From Dimorphilus gyrociliatus (lineage: Eukaryota; Animalia; Annelida), in assembly GCA_904063045.1 (NCBI GenBank), contig CAJFCJ010000014.1:310001-374000 (forward strand): a stretch of 64,000 nt of DNA. Direction: 5' to 3'. A program made the position numbers and the translations under genes. This document shows, piece by piece, positions 19,728 through 34,097 of this stretch. How positions within the stretch are numbered: the stretch's first letter is position 1; each line of letters begins with the position of its first letter. The notes under the pieces were generated by a model. That model did no database searches and was not told the DNA's origin. It worked only from the letters and a program-made list of their open reading frames with translations.

Positions 19728-22700
19728 ATGAACGCAGTAAAGAGTTGCGGAATCTTCTTTTTATATTCAATTTTATTCTTACAGGTAAGATTTAGTATTC
19801 CAATGTTCTCTTTGACTGGATTAATTACTGTTCTGGACATATCATTGTTATGCAAAATGTATATAAACCACTTTGTTTTTCGTTATACCTGCTTTAACTG
19901 TAATGATTTTACGAATTTATCATTAAGGAACCATTATATAGTAATTTTGCACGATTTTCGATAAGAAAATTATAGAATATGAGAGGATAATTAGCTATAC
20001 AGTATGTTCATTATTACTAATCGTATATGGAAAAGGAGAGGAGATAGGAAAAATGGAAGGCGGTATAATAAGAGGGAAGAACCGGTTTAAAAGTTAAATA
20101 CATATAACTAAGTAGAAAATGGCATAAATATTATTGATGAGTTTTTCTAGGCTAATCTAAATATGGAGTAGAAAGTATCCATGAATAAAATAGGAATCTG
20201 AATCCTTTAAACACGAATGAATAATACTGATTATGATAATATTTAATAGGCAAGAGGAAAGAGAGTTAAAAAAGGATTCTTTTTTATCGTATAGTTTCTT
20301 TTTGGCTTTGTACTTGAATATTATTTTCATATATTCGGCCTGAGAATATGATATATATATATACTTTTATTGCTGCTATCTCTCTCTCTTTCTCTCTATA
20401 TTCCTCATTCTGATTACTCACTTGTTTTATTATACTTGAAATTGTATTTGCTTATTTATCAAACAATAAACTAATTGGTTATAACCCTATTAAAATTTTA
20501 TCTACTTTTAGGTCTATTCTTCGGAAAATGAACCGATGGTAGCCTTTACGTGCGAGGCCAAAAGGCCAGCCGTCTATAAACTGGATAATGGCTGGAGAAA
20601 GGATCGTACAGTTGGATGTTTGAAGGATGCAGTAGAAATTCTAAGATTTTGTAAAAAATCTTTCCCCAATTTGGCAATTTTTAACGTGGTTGAAGCCAAA
20701 GAAGAAGAAAAGATTGATGTGTGGTGCAAAAGCGGAAAGAAAAAATGTTTAGCTGAAAGGGTCACCAGACCTTTCAGGTGTCTCGGTATGCAAATATACA
20801 AATAATTGTCTGACAAAAAAGGAGGGGGGGATTTTATCGACCCATTTCTTATATTGGTTTTTATTTCTTTTATTCTTCTAGTTGGGCCATTCCAATCAGA
20901 CGCTCTTCTTGTACCTGATAAATGCGCATTCGATCATGAACACAACCCACATATATGCGCAAATAGCACTAGATGGAAAAAGATAGCCGAAACAAGATGC
21001 CACCAACGAGAAATGATGTTCCACGATCACGCGATACTTCTCCCGTGCGGCTTAGATGCCTTTAACGGCGTCGAATTTGTTTGCTGCCCTAAAGCCGGTA
21101 CGTATCCAATCGCGTCTAATGAGTCATGTACTTCTAAGAAAGTAACTTTCATCCAACAATTACACGGTATTTTGTTATCCTCTTTTGCCTTCGACGCTCA
21201 GAAAAAACCCCATACAGTCTCCCTTTTACTAGCGGAATGATAGTATCGATTTTTTTTTTTTGGTGCCATTTGCCTTATTTAGGAATAATCCAGTAAAGAA
21301 AAGGCAAGGGGGATAAGAGTAATAAAAAAAGGAAAGAAAAACAGTAGTCTATTGAATATTTTCGTAAAAACGAATAACATTTTAACAATTAGTCGAATAA
21401 CTTATTTCCCCTCTTTTTAGAGCTACGGTTAATGTAAAAGCTATTTTCATTATAGCGTCTAAAACGATAGGCTTAAGCCATTCCATCTAATATGAATATA
21501 TATATATATAAAGAGAACTAGAGCATGTTATATATTAAACTAAATATGATAAAGTGTATGCTATATAGGAAAGAAGGGCCATGTGTGTGTGTGTGTGTAT
21601 GTGTCTGAGTGTGTGACAGAGAGGGAAGTAACGAATGAGAAATAATATTATTAAAGCAATAAGATATTGAAAAGAGAAAAGTAAAGAACAGTCTTTTTTA
21701 CAGCAATGTGTTGTATTTATATAGGATTTTTTTCATTTTAAAATTAAATATATAAAATAATCTATTTCTTTATCATCTCCTTTTGTTAGTTTTACTTCAT
21801 TAAAGAAAGAAATGTAAACAATAGATAACTATATTATTAATGATACTCTTTTAGTTTGTCTAGAAGGCGTCTAAAGAACATAGGCTGATTGTTTGATTGT
21901 ATTTTAGATGATTGATAAATTAGAGGAGAATTTCTTATCTAGCCACTCTGATCGAAAACGTATTGTAATTTAACAAGTAATTGCATTTCGATCATTCGAA
22001 CAAAATTGATCCATTTTCCTGGTTTATAGGACTAAAGCAATTTTCTAGTTGTACCCTTGAGGAGACGGTTTATCGATCATTTCTTAGCAAAACTGTACAT
22101 TTTTTGTTGTTGCAGCTAAGACTGATTTGAATACTGGAGAAGATAAGAAGGTTACCGATGGAGAGAAAAAGAAGGATTTATATCAAGTAAGTTGAAATTT
22201 CTTTTACCAAAATTACAATAATTCAATTATATATTCTATTATACCAGTCATTTAAGTGATTACGTAAATTACGTTGAAGCAATTAACCTATTATATCTTT
22301 TATAATTATCTCATCTAGGTTTACCTCGAAGATGACTCTCCCTCCGAATTTCGTAACGAACATGAATATTTTATGAAAGCAAAGCATGATCTCGAGAAAC
22401 AACAACACAAAAAGATAGCCAATATGATGAGGGACTGGACAAATGAACGTCAAAGGGTCGATAGTTTGAAGAAGACAAGAGGACAAGCTGAAATTGACAA
22501 GCTTACTCAAGAGATGACAGTTAAATATCAGAAAATCTATACCGATTTAGAGAAAACGTACGCTGAAGAAAAGTCGACTTTCTTGAAGAAGCACGAAGTG
22601 CGAGTAGAAAGAAGATTGGACGAAAAGAAACACGAAGCAATGAAGGCTGTCTTAGCAGTTGTTGATAAAAAGAAAGTCAATTATGAAGAGGTCAGAAAGT

Positions 22701-24069
22701 CCATGGCCAAGTTCATAAGAACGGAGATGAAAGACCAGGAGCATTATATTAATAGGTAGATAAAAGCTTCGTACTCTTAAATTAGCAACTATATATATAT
22801 ACTAATATATATATATATATAAATATACACCAATAACATTGTTTTTCCCTCCCCGTTTTTCCTACATCTTTAGATGGATCCATTTACAAAGAACTGACAA
22901 ACAAGCGGCCGAAAAAGTTCTAAAACTTTATTTGGATAAGATTGAAATGAGCAACGAAAGAATAGATCAAACTAGATCTTTCGCCATTGATCATCTGAAT
23001 ACGGATGATGCGGAAGAATTAAAACTTTTCTGCGAAGAGTTTATTAAAGAGTACGCTGATGTTGCCGAGGGAAGGCAGTGGATGCTGGCAGCAACCCCAC
23101 AACCAACGACAGAAAAACCAGTCGAAAAAGAAATTATAGAAAATGTTCCAGACACCGACAAAAAAGATGATGAAGACCTTGACAATAATGATGATGATGA
23201 TGAATACGATGACGAGGATGATGAAGATTTTGACTTGGATGACGAAGAAGATGACGACGACGATGATGACGAAGATCTTGATGACGACGTCAAGACAAAC
23301 GATGACGATTTTGACGGGGATGACGATGACGAATTTGATTATGATGATGAAGACGATGATGAAGACGATGAAGGTGATTTTAAACTAGTCGATGGAGATG
23401 CAGACAAAAAAGAAGATGCCCCAGCCGAACGATTAAACGGTTTAGATGATGGAGATGACGACGAAGACGATAACGATATCTTTGAAGATACCCGCGAGAA
23501 AGATGATGAGTTCGGTCGCGACGACGACAATGTGAGAATGAACGAAGAAGATATAGGAGACAAGTACGTCGATAATAAAGAAATTGAAATGGATAGGATC
23601 TCGTCGGCTCATGTGGCAAAATTATCTGCCCATCATCCAGATCGCGTAGTATTGGGTCGTGATGTGGCAACAACCCATAATGCCTGGGTTATCTGCGTTG
23701 TTGCATTTGCTGGAGCAGCTATGCTTGGCATTATTGTCGTGGCAGCTGTGGTAAATAATTTTTGAAATTTATATTATTTATCTTTATAATTTATTACTTG
23801 TACATAGACTCTTATCTAACGCACTTTAATATATAGATATATACTGTATAAAGTAGATAACATTCTTTCGACCTTGCTTAAATTTTGGTTATTCAATTTA
23901 TTCCTTCGTTATCCAGATGAAACACAAACGACAAATGAAAAGACAACGAATCGCTCGCGTTGAAGCGGAATCTTGCGTTATGGATGTAGAAAAACGACAT
24001 TTGACCACAATGCAATGTAACGGATATGAAAATCCGACTTATAAATACCTCGAAACAGGTACCCAATAA
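19728..24069 (+). CDS. APP: Amyloid precursor protein-family member (APP/APPL-like), ~694 aa
   Basis: Exons 19728-19784 (signal peptide), 20512-20785, 20882-21097, 22116-22186, 22319-22755, 22874-23750, 23917-24069. E1 (EPMVAFTC, PFRCL, SDALLVPDKC, LLPCG, GVEFVCCP), E2 (NEHEYFMKAK..MMRDW), one TM helix and cytoplasmic GYENPTY. Confidence 0.95.
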
Positions 24070-25388
24070 GAAGAAAGGGTGAGAAGGAGGAGTAGAAGAA
24101 GTTAGAGGAAAAATTCCAACATTTCTTTTTTTTTTTTTTTACAACAAAGGAATTTCTTTTCCCATTATGCTAATCAAATTCTAACAAAAATCCATTTAAA
24201 TCAAAAATGAATATTTATTTTAAAAAAGATTGGAAAAAAAAATCTATTCATTTTTTTCTTCCCATTTACTATATGACGTGAATTTGTTTGTTTTTTGGTA
24301 ATTTTAACACTATAGATGTCTGATGTAATGTGTATATAATAATATATATATATACCTCAGACTCTTCTTTCTTTTCGTTTTTTTTGCACTTAAGATTAAA
24401 CCAAGAAAGAAAACAAACTAAATTAATCAAAACTGAGTTTTTTTTTTTATATCTTTGTTGCTTATACTATATTTTTTTTCTTATATTTTGTTATTATTTT
24501 TTTCAATATATCTTTCTCTCTTTCGACTGTTTTTTCTTTTCTATTTTATCTCTTTTTCATTAAAGAGATAAAATAGGAAGAAAATCTCTAAAAGGGAAAG
24601 AAAAACATTAATATAATATATATATAAATTTATATATATATATATATATATAACTTACGTGTTGTTTGAAAAAGAGAAAACAATCAATTTATAATCATTA
24701 ATAATAATTTTTCTTAGTAAAACAAAAAAATGAAAAAGAAAGAAAAATTCAATATAATAAAAAACAAATTTGAACAAAATGCTTAAATCCACTACTCACC
24801 CTCTCTCTCTCTCTCTCTCTTCCCCTTTCCACATCAGAATATAAATCTCTACCACCCAAGCCCCCCCCCCCCCCAATTCAAACCTATTGCGTATTAATTA
24901 ATTAATTCACTGCATTGTAATGTTTTTTTTTCTATGTAGTTTAAAAAGAGATATCTACTTGTCGTTGACTTTCGATAGTTTATGTTAGAAAAAGAGAATG
25001 AGAGTAAGAATAAATATAAATTGATATTGAAAGAAATTGTTCTGAAAGAGGGCAAGGGAAGGGGCGAAGGGGAAAAAGGCCGAAAAGCTGATCTATGTTA
25101 ATGACTTAATTTTATAGGACAATATTAAAGGTTAATTGAATGGCCTGTTTGTTACTTAAGAACATTCGATAAGTTTTTCCTATTGTATTTACTTCTTACT
25201 TACTTTTTTTTTATTATCTCATTCTCTTTTTCGCGAAACTATTGTTTATGTAACTACTCGAAAGTCTCTTATATAATTAATAATAACGTAAATATTGTTT
25301 CTTTTTCTTTTGGCACAAGTAATAATTATACGTTATGAATTATTTAGAAAAAGTACAATACATTGAGTATATATACAGCATATATACA

Positions 25389-25389
<1 letters not shown>

Positions 25390-25452
<63 letters not shown>
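25390..25452. repeat. (TA)n microsatellite
   Basis: Direct reading; begins immediately after a TACAGTA motif. Confidence 0.95.
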
Positions 25453-25456
<4 letters not shown>

Positions 25457-26089
25457 TAGTATATATAATGTAAGTATATTATGGAAACAGGCAACCGTGT
25501 TGAGCATATTCTTTGTATCTATTCACGCTTGTTTTATAATATATATATATATATATATATATCAAAATTTCGTTCATATCACTATATATATATGTATATA
25601 TATATTGATATATATGTATATATATATTGATATATTGTTATTTTTTTTCTTATTTCAACTGTAGTAGTCTGTCCTAGTTTCATCAAATAACAAAACATAA
25701 ATTTTACCAACGATGTCTCTTGGATAAAGATTAGCTTGTTAGATAATTAAATGAAAAGTGGAAAAAACAAATATATATATATATATATACTGTATATATA
25801 TATATATTTATATAAAATCAAGCTTCCTTTTTACATTTCCTTTTCAGCTTTTGTTATTATTACCTTTTCAACTTATTTTTTAAGTTGTATTCAACCTTTA
25901 TATACATATTTATATGTTAGGTATAAATATGTATATAGATAATATCATACATTATATATACATATGCATTGCATTGATAGTTTACGAGAGATGTAATAAT
26001 ACTATTATTTAATAAAATTGTAGTGATAAATGTAATAATTTATTGTCTAATTAATTAATTTATTCATTCGGGTAGACAATTTGTTGTTC

Positions 26090-26603
26090 TTACAACTTAC
26101 CATCAATATGAGATACGTACATATTACCTATTGATAAAAGAGAAAATGATAAAGCAAAAGTTAATAATTGTCTCATGAAATCGTTTCTTGGCAGGAAACG
26201 CTTTAGGGATGAAAAAAGCACAGCGCTACCAAAGTTAAACAAAGCGGCTGCAAAACTGCTGAACAACACCCTTTTGTACTTGCTATCCATCTTTAAGTGT
26301 TTTCTATTATATAAATATAATCCAATTCCCAGATGACAATTGTACCAAATACATTTTATTAGTAATAGACGTCGATGTGGTTGAAGACTGACGGTAAAAA
26401 ATTCCATAGAGGTCGAACGTTTATAAGGAACAAAACGAAAATCTGCCTGTAGGCTGTTCTTACCTTCTAAAGATTGGTGAATTAGTTATGTGTAAGGAAA
26501 AAATTATATTTGAACCAGCTCCCAATAATGAGAATAACTTTATAGACGCCTTTCCCGGTGACGCTGTGAATGGAAAAAAATTGACGCGAGATATTATCGA
26601 CAT
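26090..26603 (-). CDS. Uncharacterised ~145-aa multi-pass membrane protein, 2 exons
   Basis: Exon 26603-26464 (MSIISRVNFFPFTASPGKASIKLFSLLGAGSNIIFSLHITNSPIFRS), 76-nt gtaaga..ccgtcag intron, exon 26387-26090 (LQPH..IWYNCHLGIGLYLYNRKHL..RVLFSSFAAALFNFGSAVL..YVSHIDGKL*). Phases match; about four hydrophobic segments. Confidence 0.72.
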
Positions 26604-27543
26604 TATTCGCTCTATCTCTCTTCTGCATAGAGATAGAGAGAGAGAGAGAGAGAAAGAAAAAAAAACAATTTCTGTAAGCCTATTTTAACCTCTCTCGCAT
26701 TTTGCGGGCACCCATATTACCCCAACTCAATCATGTTTACAAACTGGTAACTCTGCAAAAAAAAAAAAATAACTCCAGAGTCCATTGCTTATTCAGACTA
26801 TAGGCGCATTCTAATGTTCTATTTTAGTCATTCAGTACATTTCCTATAAGTTGTGTACGCAAAAATTGCCTCTCCTGCTTTCGTTCACTCCCTTTTAATA
26901 TTTTACTCTTCCTCAACCTGTCTATATATTCATAATTTTCAGTGCATAATTGCTAGTTGATAAGCCTACTGTGTAGTTCGAGCAGAAGGTATTCGAGTTC
27001 GTTTATTATAAGATAATCAAGTGAAAAATTTCTCTTACATATAAGAAAAATGCAACAGTTTGCAGAAAATTAAAAATAACAACGAAAGAAAAGCTGACGA
27101 CGACGACGACGCTAATGAAAAACATCTTAAAGGAGAGGAAGAAAGGGGAGAAGATGAGGAGGGAAGGTAATGAAGTAGAAAATGTTAAGATATGGAAATT
27201 ACTTTGAGAAATCTCAATTTTAAACGTACGTGAGGTAGACTAAGACCACCTGAAAGATAGTTTCACCTTCTCTCATTATCAGCCGACGGTCGTGAGAGAT
27301 GTTTTTCTTCTTCTTTCTTTAAAAATATATAATAAAGGAGGTCGTTGAAGTTTTCGATTTTTCACTATTTATTATTATTGTCATTGCTGTTATTATTAGT
27401 ATTTTCGTCATTGAAAATTGCTTAATTACTTTGTAAAAAAAAAGACCTTGACCTTCTTTGTACAATAATGGCGATAAACATGTGCTTACAGATACGAGCT
27501 GAGAAAGAGAGAGTAAGTAAATGAGAGAGGTAGAAAGATAGGA

Positions 27544-27576
<33 letters not shown>

Positions 27577-29595
27577 AAGAAAGAAAAGATAAAGATAGAA
27601 TGACTAGAGGTAATAGAAAGAAAAGCGTTTAGTTTAAAGTGAACAGTACAATAACTCGTATTTGAAATAACCCCGTGTTGCCACTTGGACAAGTATACTA
27701 ACAAGTGCCGCCTGGTGGTTTTTATGCTAAGCTTAAGCCAATTATCACCTATAAATAGGTTGCATATGATACAGGTGATCATAATTTTCGTCTATCATTC
27801 ATGCATTCTATCATACAGTTATCTATCCATTCATACATTCACCCATCCGTTCTCTAGCAATTTTTCTCAAGCTTTATGCCATTCAACCTTTCAGTAACGA
27901 CACGATCTATATAAAATAGACGTATTTACTGAAGTACGGTATTCTCTCTTCAAATCTCTTTCTTGTCATGGATGTTTTAGAATTTCATGGCCTGAATTCA
28001 GTTTACATCCTACTCTTCTCTTTTTATCCATTAAAGGGGGCGTTTCTTTATTAGAGCATATTTTTTCCTCCATTAATCTTTCTTGGCGAGATAAGATGGC
28101 AATTATCATTTAAACTACTTAGTGGGTTTGTTATTAAGGAGATATATGGATAGGAGGATTTATTATTTCTTATTGTTATAGAAGAGAAAAAAGAGTAAAA
28201 CTCCGTCTGCTTTCAATTAAGTATAATTAACGATTAGAAAACCGCTCGATCGCCCTATTAATCACGCAATAAAACATCAACCGCTACTTAACGTGCCGAC
28301 CTTTTTTTTACATAGCTCTGTCTCTTTAATTAACCTCTTCAATTATTTACCGGAAATGGTCAAGTTGTAGCCCGGAAATTGAATAAAAACGAAATTTTTT
28401 CCTTATCAGCACATCCCTAAGCGTTTTTTCTATCTTTTTGTTCTTGTTGTTTTCCGTTCTCTTTTTATCTACCTAAGTATCTATCATTTTATCTTTTTCC
28501 TTCGTCTTTTATCCCTTCTTCCTTTCCTTATTTCCATTCTTCTCGTTCTTTCTTTTTAAAACATTGTACAACGCATATTAATGGAAATAAAACAAGTAGC
28601 ATATTTCGGGCGTCCTTTCGACGCCTTATTTATTTATAGGTTAATTATCGATAAAATATTAATTAAAAGAATGATTCTCTTTTTGACAGACATAAACGGT
28701 TGTACATATATATTGTATATAAACACATAGACGCCAGACACACACATATACATACATACACATGTCGCTCGTCAAACAGACGACTTTTGTAATGTTCAAG
28801 TGAGCGTCTAAAAAAGTCAGACGCTCTATTTGAATATGTAAATTTTCTATTCAAAATGTGGAAAAATTCTTGAAGGTTTAAGATAAAAATACTCTTTTTG
28901 AATGAAAAACTGTCCTCCAACGATCTCTTAACGCTCAATTGAACTCAGTTGGATTTTAAAATGGACGCTCCGTGACGCCGACAATTCAGGAAATTTTTTT
29001 TCTCAACGCTAGTTGTCAGGTTCAATACCGTTACGAGACGTTTCGGGAAATAATTGCGTTTTTTTAAAGCGCTGTCTCTAATAGCCGTTATAATGGCCTC
29101 ATCACTATAATCAATTAGAACGGTTGGTTGAATGGAGCGCGTTCATAGGCCTATTGAGGCCCTGCTGTTACAGCATTGTGCTAACTGTCATCAATTTTTC
29201 ATTCGCAACGATTCAAATTGACCGTGTTGTGGTTCGTGGAGGGCAATTTATAAGACTGAGTGTCTTGATGAGATTTTTTCAGTTCTTCTTCCCTACTTTT
29301 TCCTTTTGTAGTTTTGTCAAGAAAAATACTTGAACGTTCAGAATTTGGGAAAATTTTCAATTATCAATAAACTATATTTATCTACAGTTATAGAGAGTAA
29401 GTTGAAATTATTCATATCTATCCTTTCTATCTTCCGTATCATTCCCACTTTTAATTCTTATTCAATACGTAAATATTTTGTTTGAAAAATTCAAACATTT
29501 CAATAATTAAATCGCTTTTTCTCAGCCTAATTCGGTACAAGCGTTTCCTTTCATGTCAAAAGGGAAAAAACAGATTCTTTCATTTTCAATACGTT

Positions 29596-29846
29596 NNNNN
29601 NNNNNNNNNNNNNNNNNNNNNNNNNNNNNNNNNNNNNNNNNNNNNNNNNNNNNNNNNNNNNNNNNNNNNNNNNNNNNNNNNNNNNNNNNNNNNNNNNNNN
29701 NNNNNNNNNNNNNNNNNNNNNNNNNNNNNNNNNNNNNNNNNNNNNNNNNNNNNNNNNNNNNNNNNNNNNNNNNNNNNNNNNNNNNNNNNNNNNNNNNNNN
29801 NNNNNNNNNNNNNNNNNNNNNNNNNNNNNNNNNNNNNNNNNNNNNN
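29596..29846. other. Assembly gap (run of N)
   Basis: Contiguous Ns. Confidence 1.
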
Positions 29847-30459
29847 TTTATTTATTTATTTATTTATTATTAAAAATATTAAAAAGAAATAAACATATAA
29901 AAAAAATCTATTTACAATATTGAACTGTTCAAGCTGATCTATTGTAAAGAAATTCAATGTGTTTGCCACTTATCTTTACGTTAGGCTTCTGTTCAATTCA
30001 CCTTTTTAAGGGAAAATTCTCAGATCGGTTAACCCGAAAATATGATTGCGTCTGATTAGCTGAACAGATAAAAACTCTTGAAAATGCATGAACAAGTACA
30101 ATTGAGGAGTGTACAGCGATTGGATAAACGTAGTAGAGAACTTAACCAATCAGCGCTGTTTCCCTTTCAACCATTCGTTCGTCCTGTTCAAGTAGCGCTG
30201 TTCATCAAAATTGGAAAGTAAACGTTTACTTTTCTCATTCTCCTCAAGTGTTCGTGCGCGGAAAAAATTCCCAACATCGATTTGTCCGGTTGGTGGTTTT
30301 CAGGCTAATTAGATGAGAAAAAAAACTTTTATCCATTTTTTTCTGGATAAGAAATAAAACAAAAAAACTAATTTACAATCTTTTCTATTCATTTATCTAA
30401 TTAAAAAAAAAACCCAAACAAACAACAGATTATCGAAGAATAGAGGAGAAGAATGAATA

Positions 30460-30835
30460 ATGGAGTGTGAAGATTTTAATAAACCTTTAGATTTTTCGCC
30501 AAAGACTCTTCATTCAAAGAAAAAATATCCGGATTATTGCAAGACAATAACTGTTAAAGGTAAGTTTATGAATATTTCGCCTTGTTTTCTTAATATTATC
30601 GGTATATTTTACCTATTTGATTCGTTTCTGTTTCTTTTCATTTCATCAATTTAAATTGTTTTTAACGCATAGTTTAATTATATAACGGTCTGTTTATTGC
30701 TTGAATTTTTGCTTGAACACTTCAACATGAATACTCATTACGGCAATAATTCTAAATTATAATATTTTTTAATATCTCTCATAAGATTTTGGTGTTTTTC
30801 TCTTCTCTCTTTCAATTTAGCCATTCAAGACATAA

Positions 30836-30875
<40 letters not shown>

Positions 30876-31301
30876 ACAGGATATATATAAGTGTATAGAT
30901 ATGTACTTAAAAAAAGAACAAAAGAAGCACTTAACAAATTGAAGGACACCTGGTAGTTTTTACATTCTAATTTTATAAAAAAACTTGCGTGACAATTGTT
31001 AAATTTTTGCTCAAAGAATAGCGTTTTTTCTGACCAGGATGAATTTCTTTTCTAACAGTTTTTTTTTTTTTTAAAGAAAAAAATCGTTACTTTTTAACTT
31101 TTTTAACGCTTATTAGGAACCATTATAACCACTATTTGAAAATGTGACAAAACAATATGAATACATTGTCTAGAAACTGATTTTTAAAAGCTTGAACACG
31201 TGCGCTAAATGGGAGATGAGTGGTATGAAAAATATTAAGATATTTAAAAAACTTGTAAGGGTCTTCATGTTGTCTTTCTATCTATCTGTCTATGTGTCCG
31301 T

Positions 31302-31339
<38 letters not shown>

Positions 31340-32045
31340 AACTTTTAAGGTATTTCATATATTTCCCCATAGGCTTATAAGATTTTTCATTAAAAAAAGA
31401 ATCAGAAGAGACACACTTACGATTAAATAAATAGGAGATATAAAGGAATTCGAAATATTTCTTGTCTAGGAAAATTTGCAAGATATTTAAGTTAATTGCG
31501 AAATTATTAAATAAAAGGGGAATGTGAAAAAATGTAAGAAGGAAAGGCGAAAGAAAGTAGACAAAATTGTTAAATCGTGTATTGTAAATGGTAGCTTATT
31601 ATCTCAGGTGAGAACTTGAATAATTAACTTTTTGTTAACGATTACCCACCAGAAAATTTTTTTTCGTTCAACGGTTAATTACTTCAAATTTCTCCCGCAT
31701 TCTCCTTTCGCCAATTCTCTAAAATACCTCCAACTAAAGAAAAAGAAACTTCTCTCTCTGAAAGTGACGTCAGATGACGTCAGGGGAGGATAAGAGTGTG
31801 AAAAGTACTGCGTAATTGTTGGTTAAATAACCGCTCGCCCATTCGCTCTTGGAGTAGGTCCGCGCAGCGCGCACCGTTGTAATTAGCATCAATAATTGGT
31901 AGAATTTGGGTCAGTAAATAAAGAACAGAGATGGTATTTTTTAGGTTAGAGTTTAGATGAGATACAGAGAGAAAAGGAAATATATTTTCATATATTTTGA
32001 ATAAAACTAATAAAAAAGAGATAGAGAGAAAAGGAAAGAGAGAGA

Positions 32046-32094
<49 letters not shown>

Positions 32095-33454
32095 GGAGAG
32101 TGAATAGGAGTGAGTATATTTTTAACAATTGTGGGAATAATTGTAATATTCATGACCAAAGTTCAAGATTTTTTTGAAATGTCATTGAATCACGCAACGA
32201 TGAGTGCTACTCCTTCTCCTCGACAACTGCTGCGTTTGTTAAACGTTTTGATTTGACTTTAAATATTCCATTATATTCTCTTTAATGGTTCAAAGACCAT
32301 CACCTTGGTTTAAGGTGGGGATAAGGGAAATTGACAAGAAATTTTATTCTTTCATTTTTAACTCATCTCTAACTGTGGGAAAGTTAACAGAGAACATCAT
32401 TTAACTGTAACCCGAGATAATTAACCAATCAGCAATCGATATTGGTCTTGTAATCAACCAATCATCGTATTCCTCCCTCTTAATTAGTTTAGCGGCAGCT
32501 GCCCAAGAGATGTTTATCTAGTAATCCTTTACTTAATAAAAATAGTTTGGATTCGATTTTTAACTGTCCCAGGCAAGCTTATAATAGCTTATAATCGGTC
32601 GTCTATGGCGCCGTCTAGTCTGAATAAATTCCTATTTATTTTTCCAACTCCTCTATTTAACCTCGCTTGTATTGTGAAAAAATAGTTGGCGTTACTACTT
32701 CCGTTTCTAATTCGTTTAATACGCTCTTTTATGAAGATTTCCCCTTAATTATAATATCCCATAATTTCGAAACCTTATTAAGGTTAATTATACCTAATTA
32801 AATTATCTAACCTATTGACCTCTTCTCAACCATTAATAACTCTATTTTTTTTCTTACGCTTCGGAAGTGGCGTTTGGTGGCACGAAATTCAATTAATTAG
32901 TGATTTAATAGTTGTTTTTTTCCCCTTTTTATTACCTCTTAACCAGATGCGAATGGTGTGACGAAGGAACTTGTCTTTCCCAAGGCCCTTGACCTTGACC
33001 GGCCAAAAAGGGCTAGAACAACTTTTACAGCCGAGCAACTTTATCAACTAGAAAAGGAATTTGAAAGAAACCAGTATCTAGTTGGGAGAGAGCGAACGGA
33101 ACTAGCAGAGAAATTGCAGCTGTCCGAAACACAGGTAAAAAGATAAAGAGTAAAAGCGGAAATTACATAATAGCAATATAGATAAGGATCATTCGCTAAA
33201 AATTTTTTTTGACACTTGCGTGACTGTAGGTAAAAGTTTGGTTTCAAAATCGAAGAACAAAATACAAAAGAGACAAAGTTAAGGAGGCAGAAGAGAGGAA
33301 AGCAATACCAGTAGAAGCTTCCACAAATCCAAATTTTCTTCGAATTCTACAATCACCCCCAGGAAATACAGCACCATTATTTCCTCTACCAACTGCACCT
33401 TTTATGTTTCCAGCTTCGGCGTTTACTCATCAATCAAAGACAATGTACAGTTGA
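30460..33454 (+). CDS. VAX: Vax (ventral anterior homeobox) transcription factor, ~170 aa
   Basis: Exons 30460-30559, 32947-33134, 33230-33454. Vax-diagnostic pre-homeodomain [32 protein letters not shown] and homeodomain [52 protein letters not shown]. Confidence 0.93.
31765..31782. promoter_or_regulatory. Tandem pair of full CRE/ATF palindromes in Vax intron 1
   Basis: TGACGTCA at 31765-31772 and 31775-31782, in a locally CpG-richer patch. Confidence 0.5.
32046..32091. repeat. (GA)n microsatellite in Vax intron 1
   Basis: Direct reading. Confidence 0.9.
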
Positions 33455-34097
33455 GAGAAAAAATAGATAATTCTTTCTTTCTTTCTTGTTTTATACTTTT
33501 GTTTGTTTGTTTGTTTGTTTAAAATGTTTAGAGTTAAAGAAAAACATGTCTCACAAAAGGAACAAAAAACGGAACAAAACAGAAAAGAAACAAAAATCTT
33601 CCATTCATTATGCTCATTGATCATCGTTCTACTACTTTCCTAGATTACTGTAATGTTTTACCTTTATTCTTTTTTTAGGCCTATATGTTTTCTATATTTG
33701 ATATAATATGTTGTTGTTTTTTTTATACTTTAAACCATAAAAAAGTCAACAAGAAAAAAAAAATGTAAACAAAAATACTATTGTCAAAACAATAAATATA
33801 TTAAAGTATTGAAATTATAATATCTATTGTTATGACGTAATTATTACATAATCTATATTTAGAATTCATACTATAAACAGAAATCTATTTAGTTTCTTTA
33901 GTTTTCTTTTGTTCTGCAAGAAATTTAATCTTTTAATGGAGAATGTGAAAGAAGATTGTAGGCCTTAAAGGAATTGTTTTTTTAATTATGACGGAAATTG
34001 GTTGGAGTTATATATATATATATATGCTACTCTCAATTGAAACTCTATCGAGTAGAGGACGGAGAAAGTTTGAAAAGATTAGAAGAAAGGAAATATT

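Noticed and set aside
22991-23673. Poly-Ser ORFs on the minus strand and the Met/Thr-rich ORF at 23143
   Set aside because: Alternative frames of the GAY/GAR-rich acidic tract of APP.
27068-27166. Exon-like acidic stretch KIKNNNERKADDDDDANEKHLKGEEERGEDEEG with AG/GT borders
   Set aside because: No in-phase neighbouring exons or recognisable domain found; probably purine-rich low-complexity DNA.
29482-29892. ORFs of 106-136 aa
   Set aside because: Artefacts of reading through the N gap.
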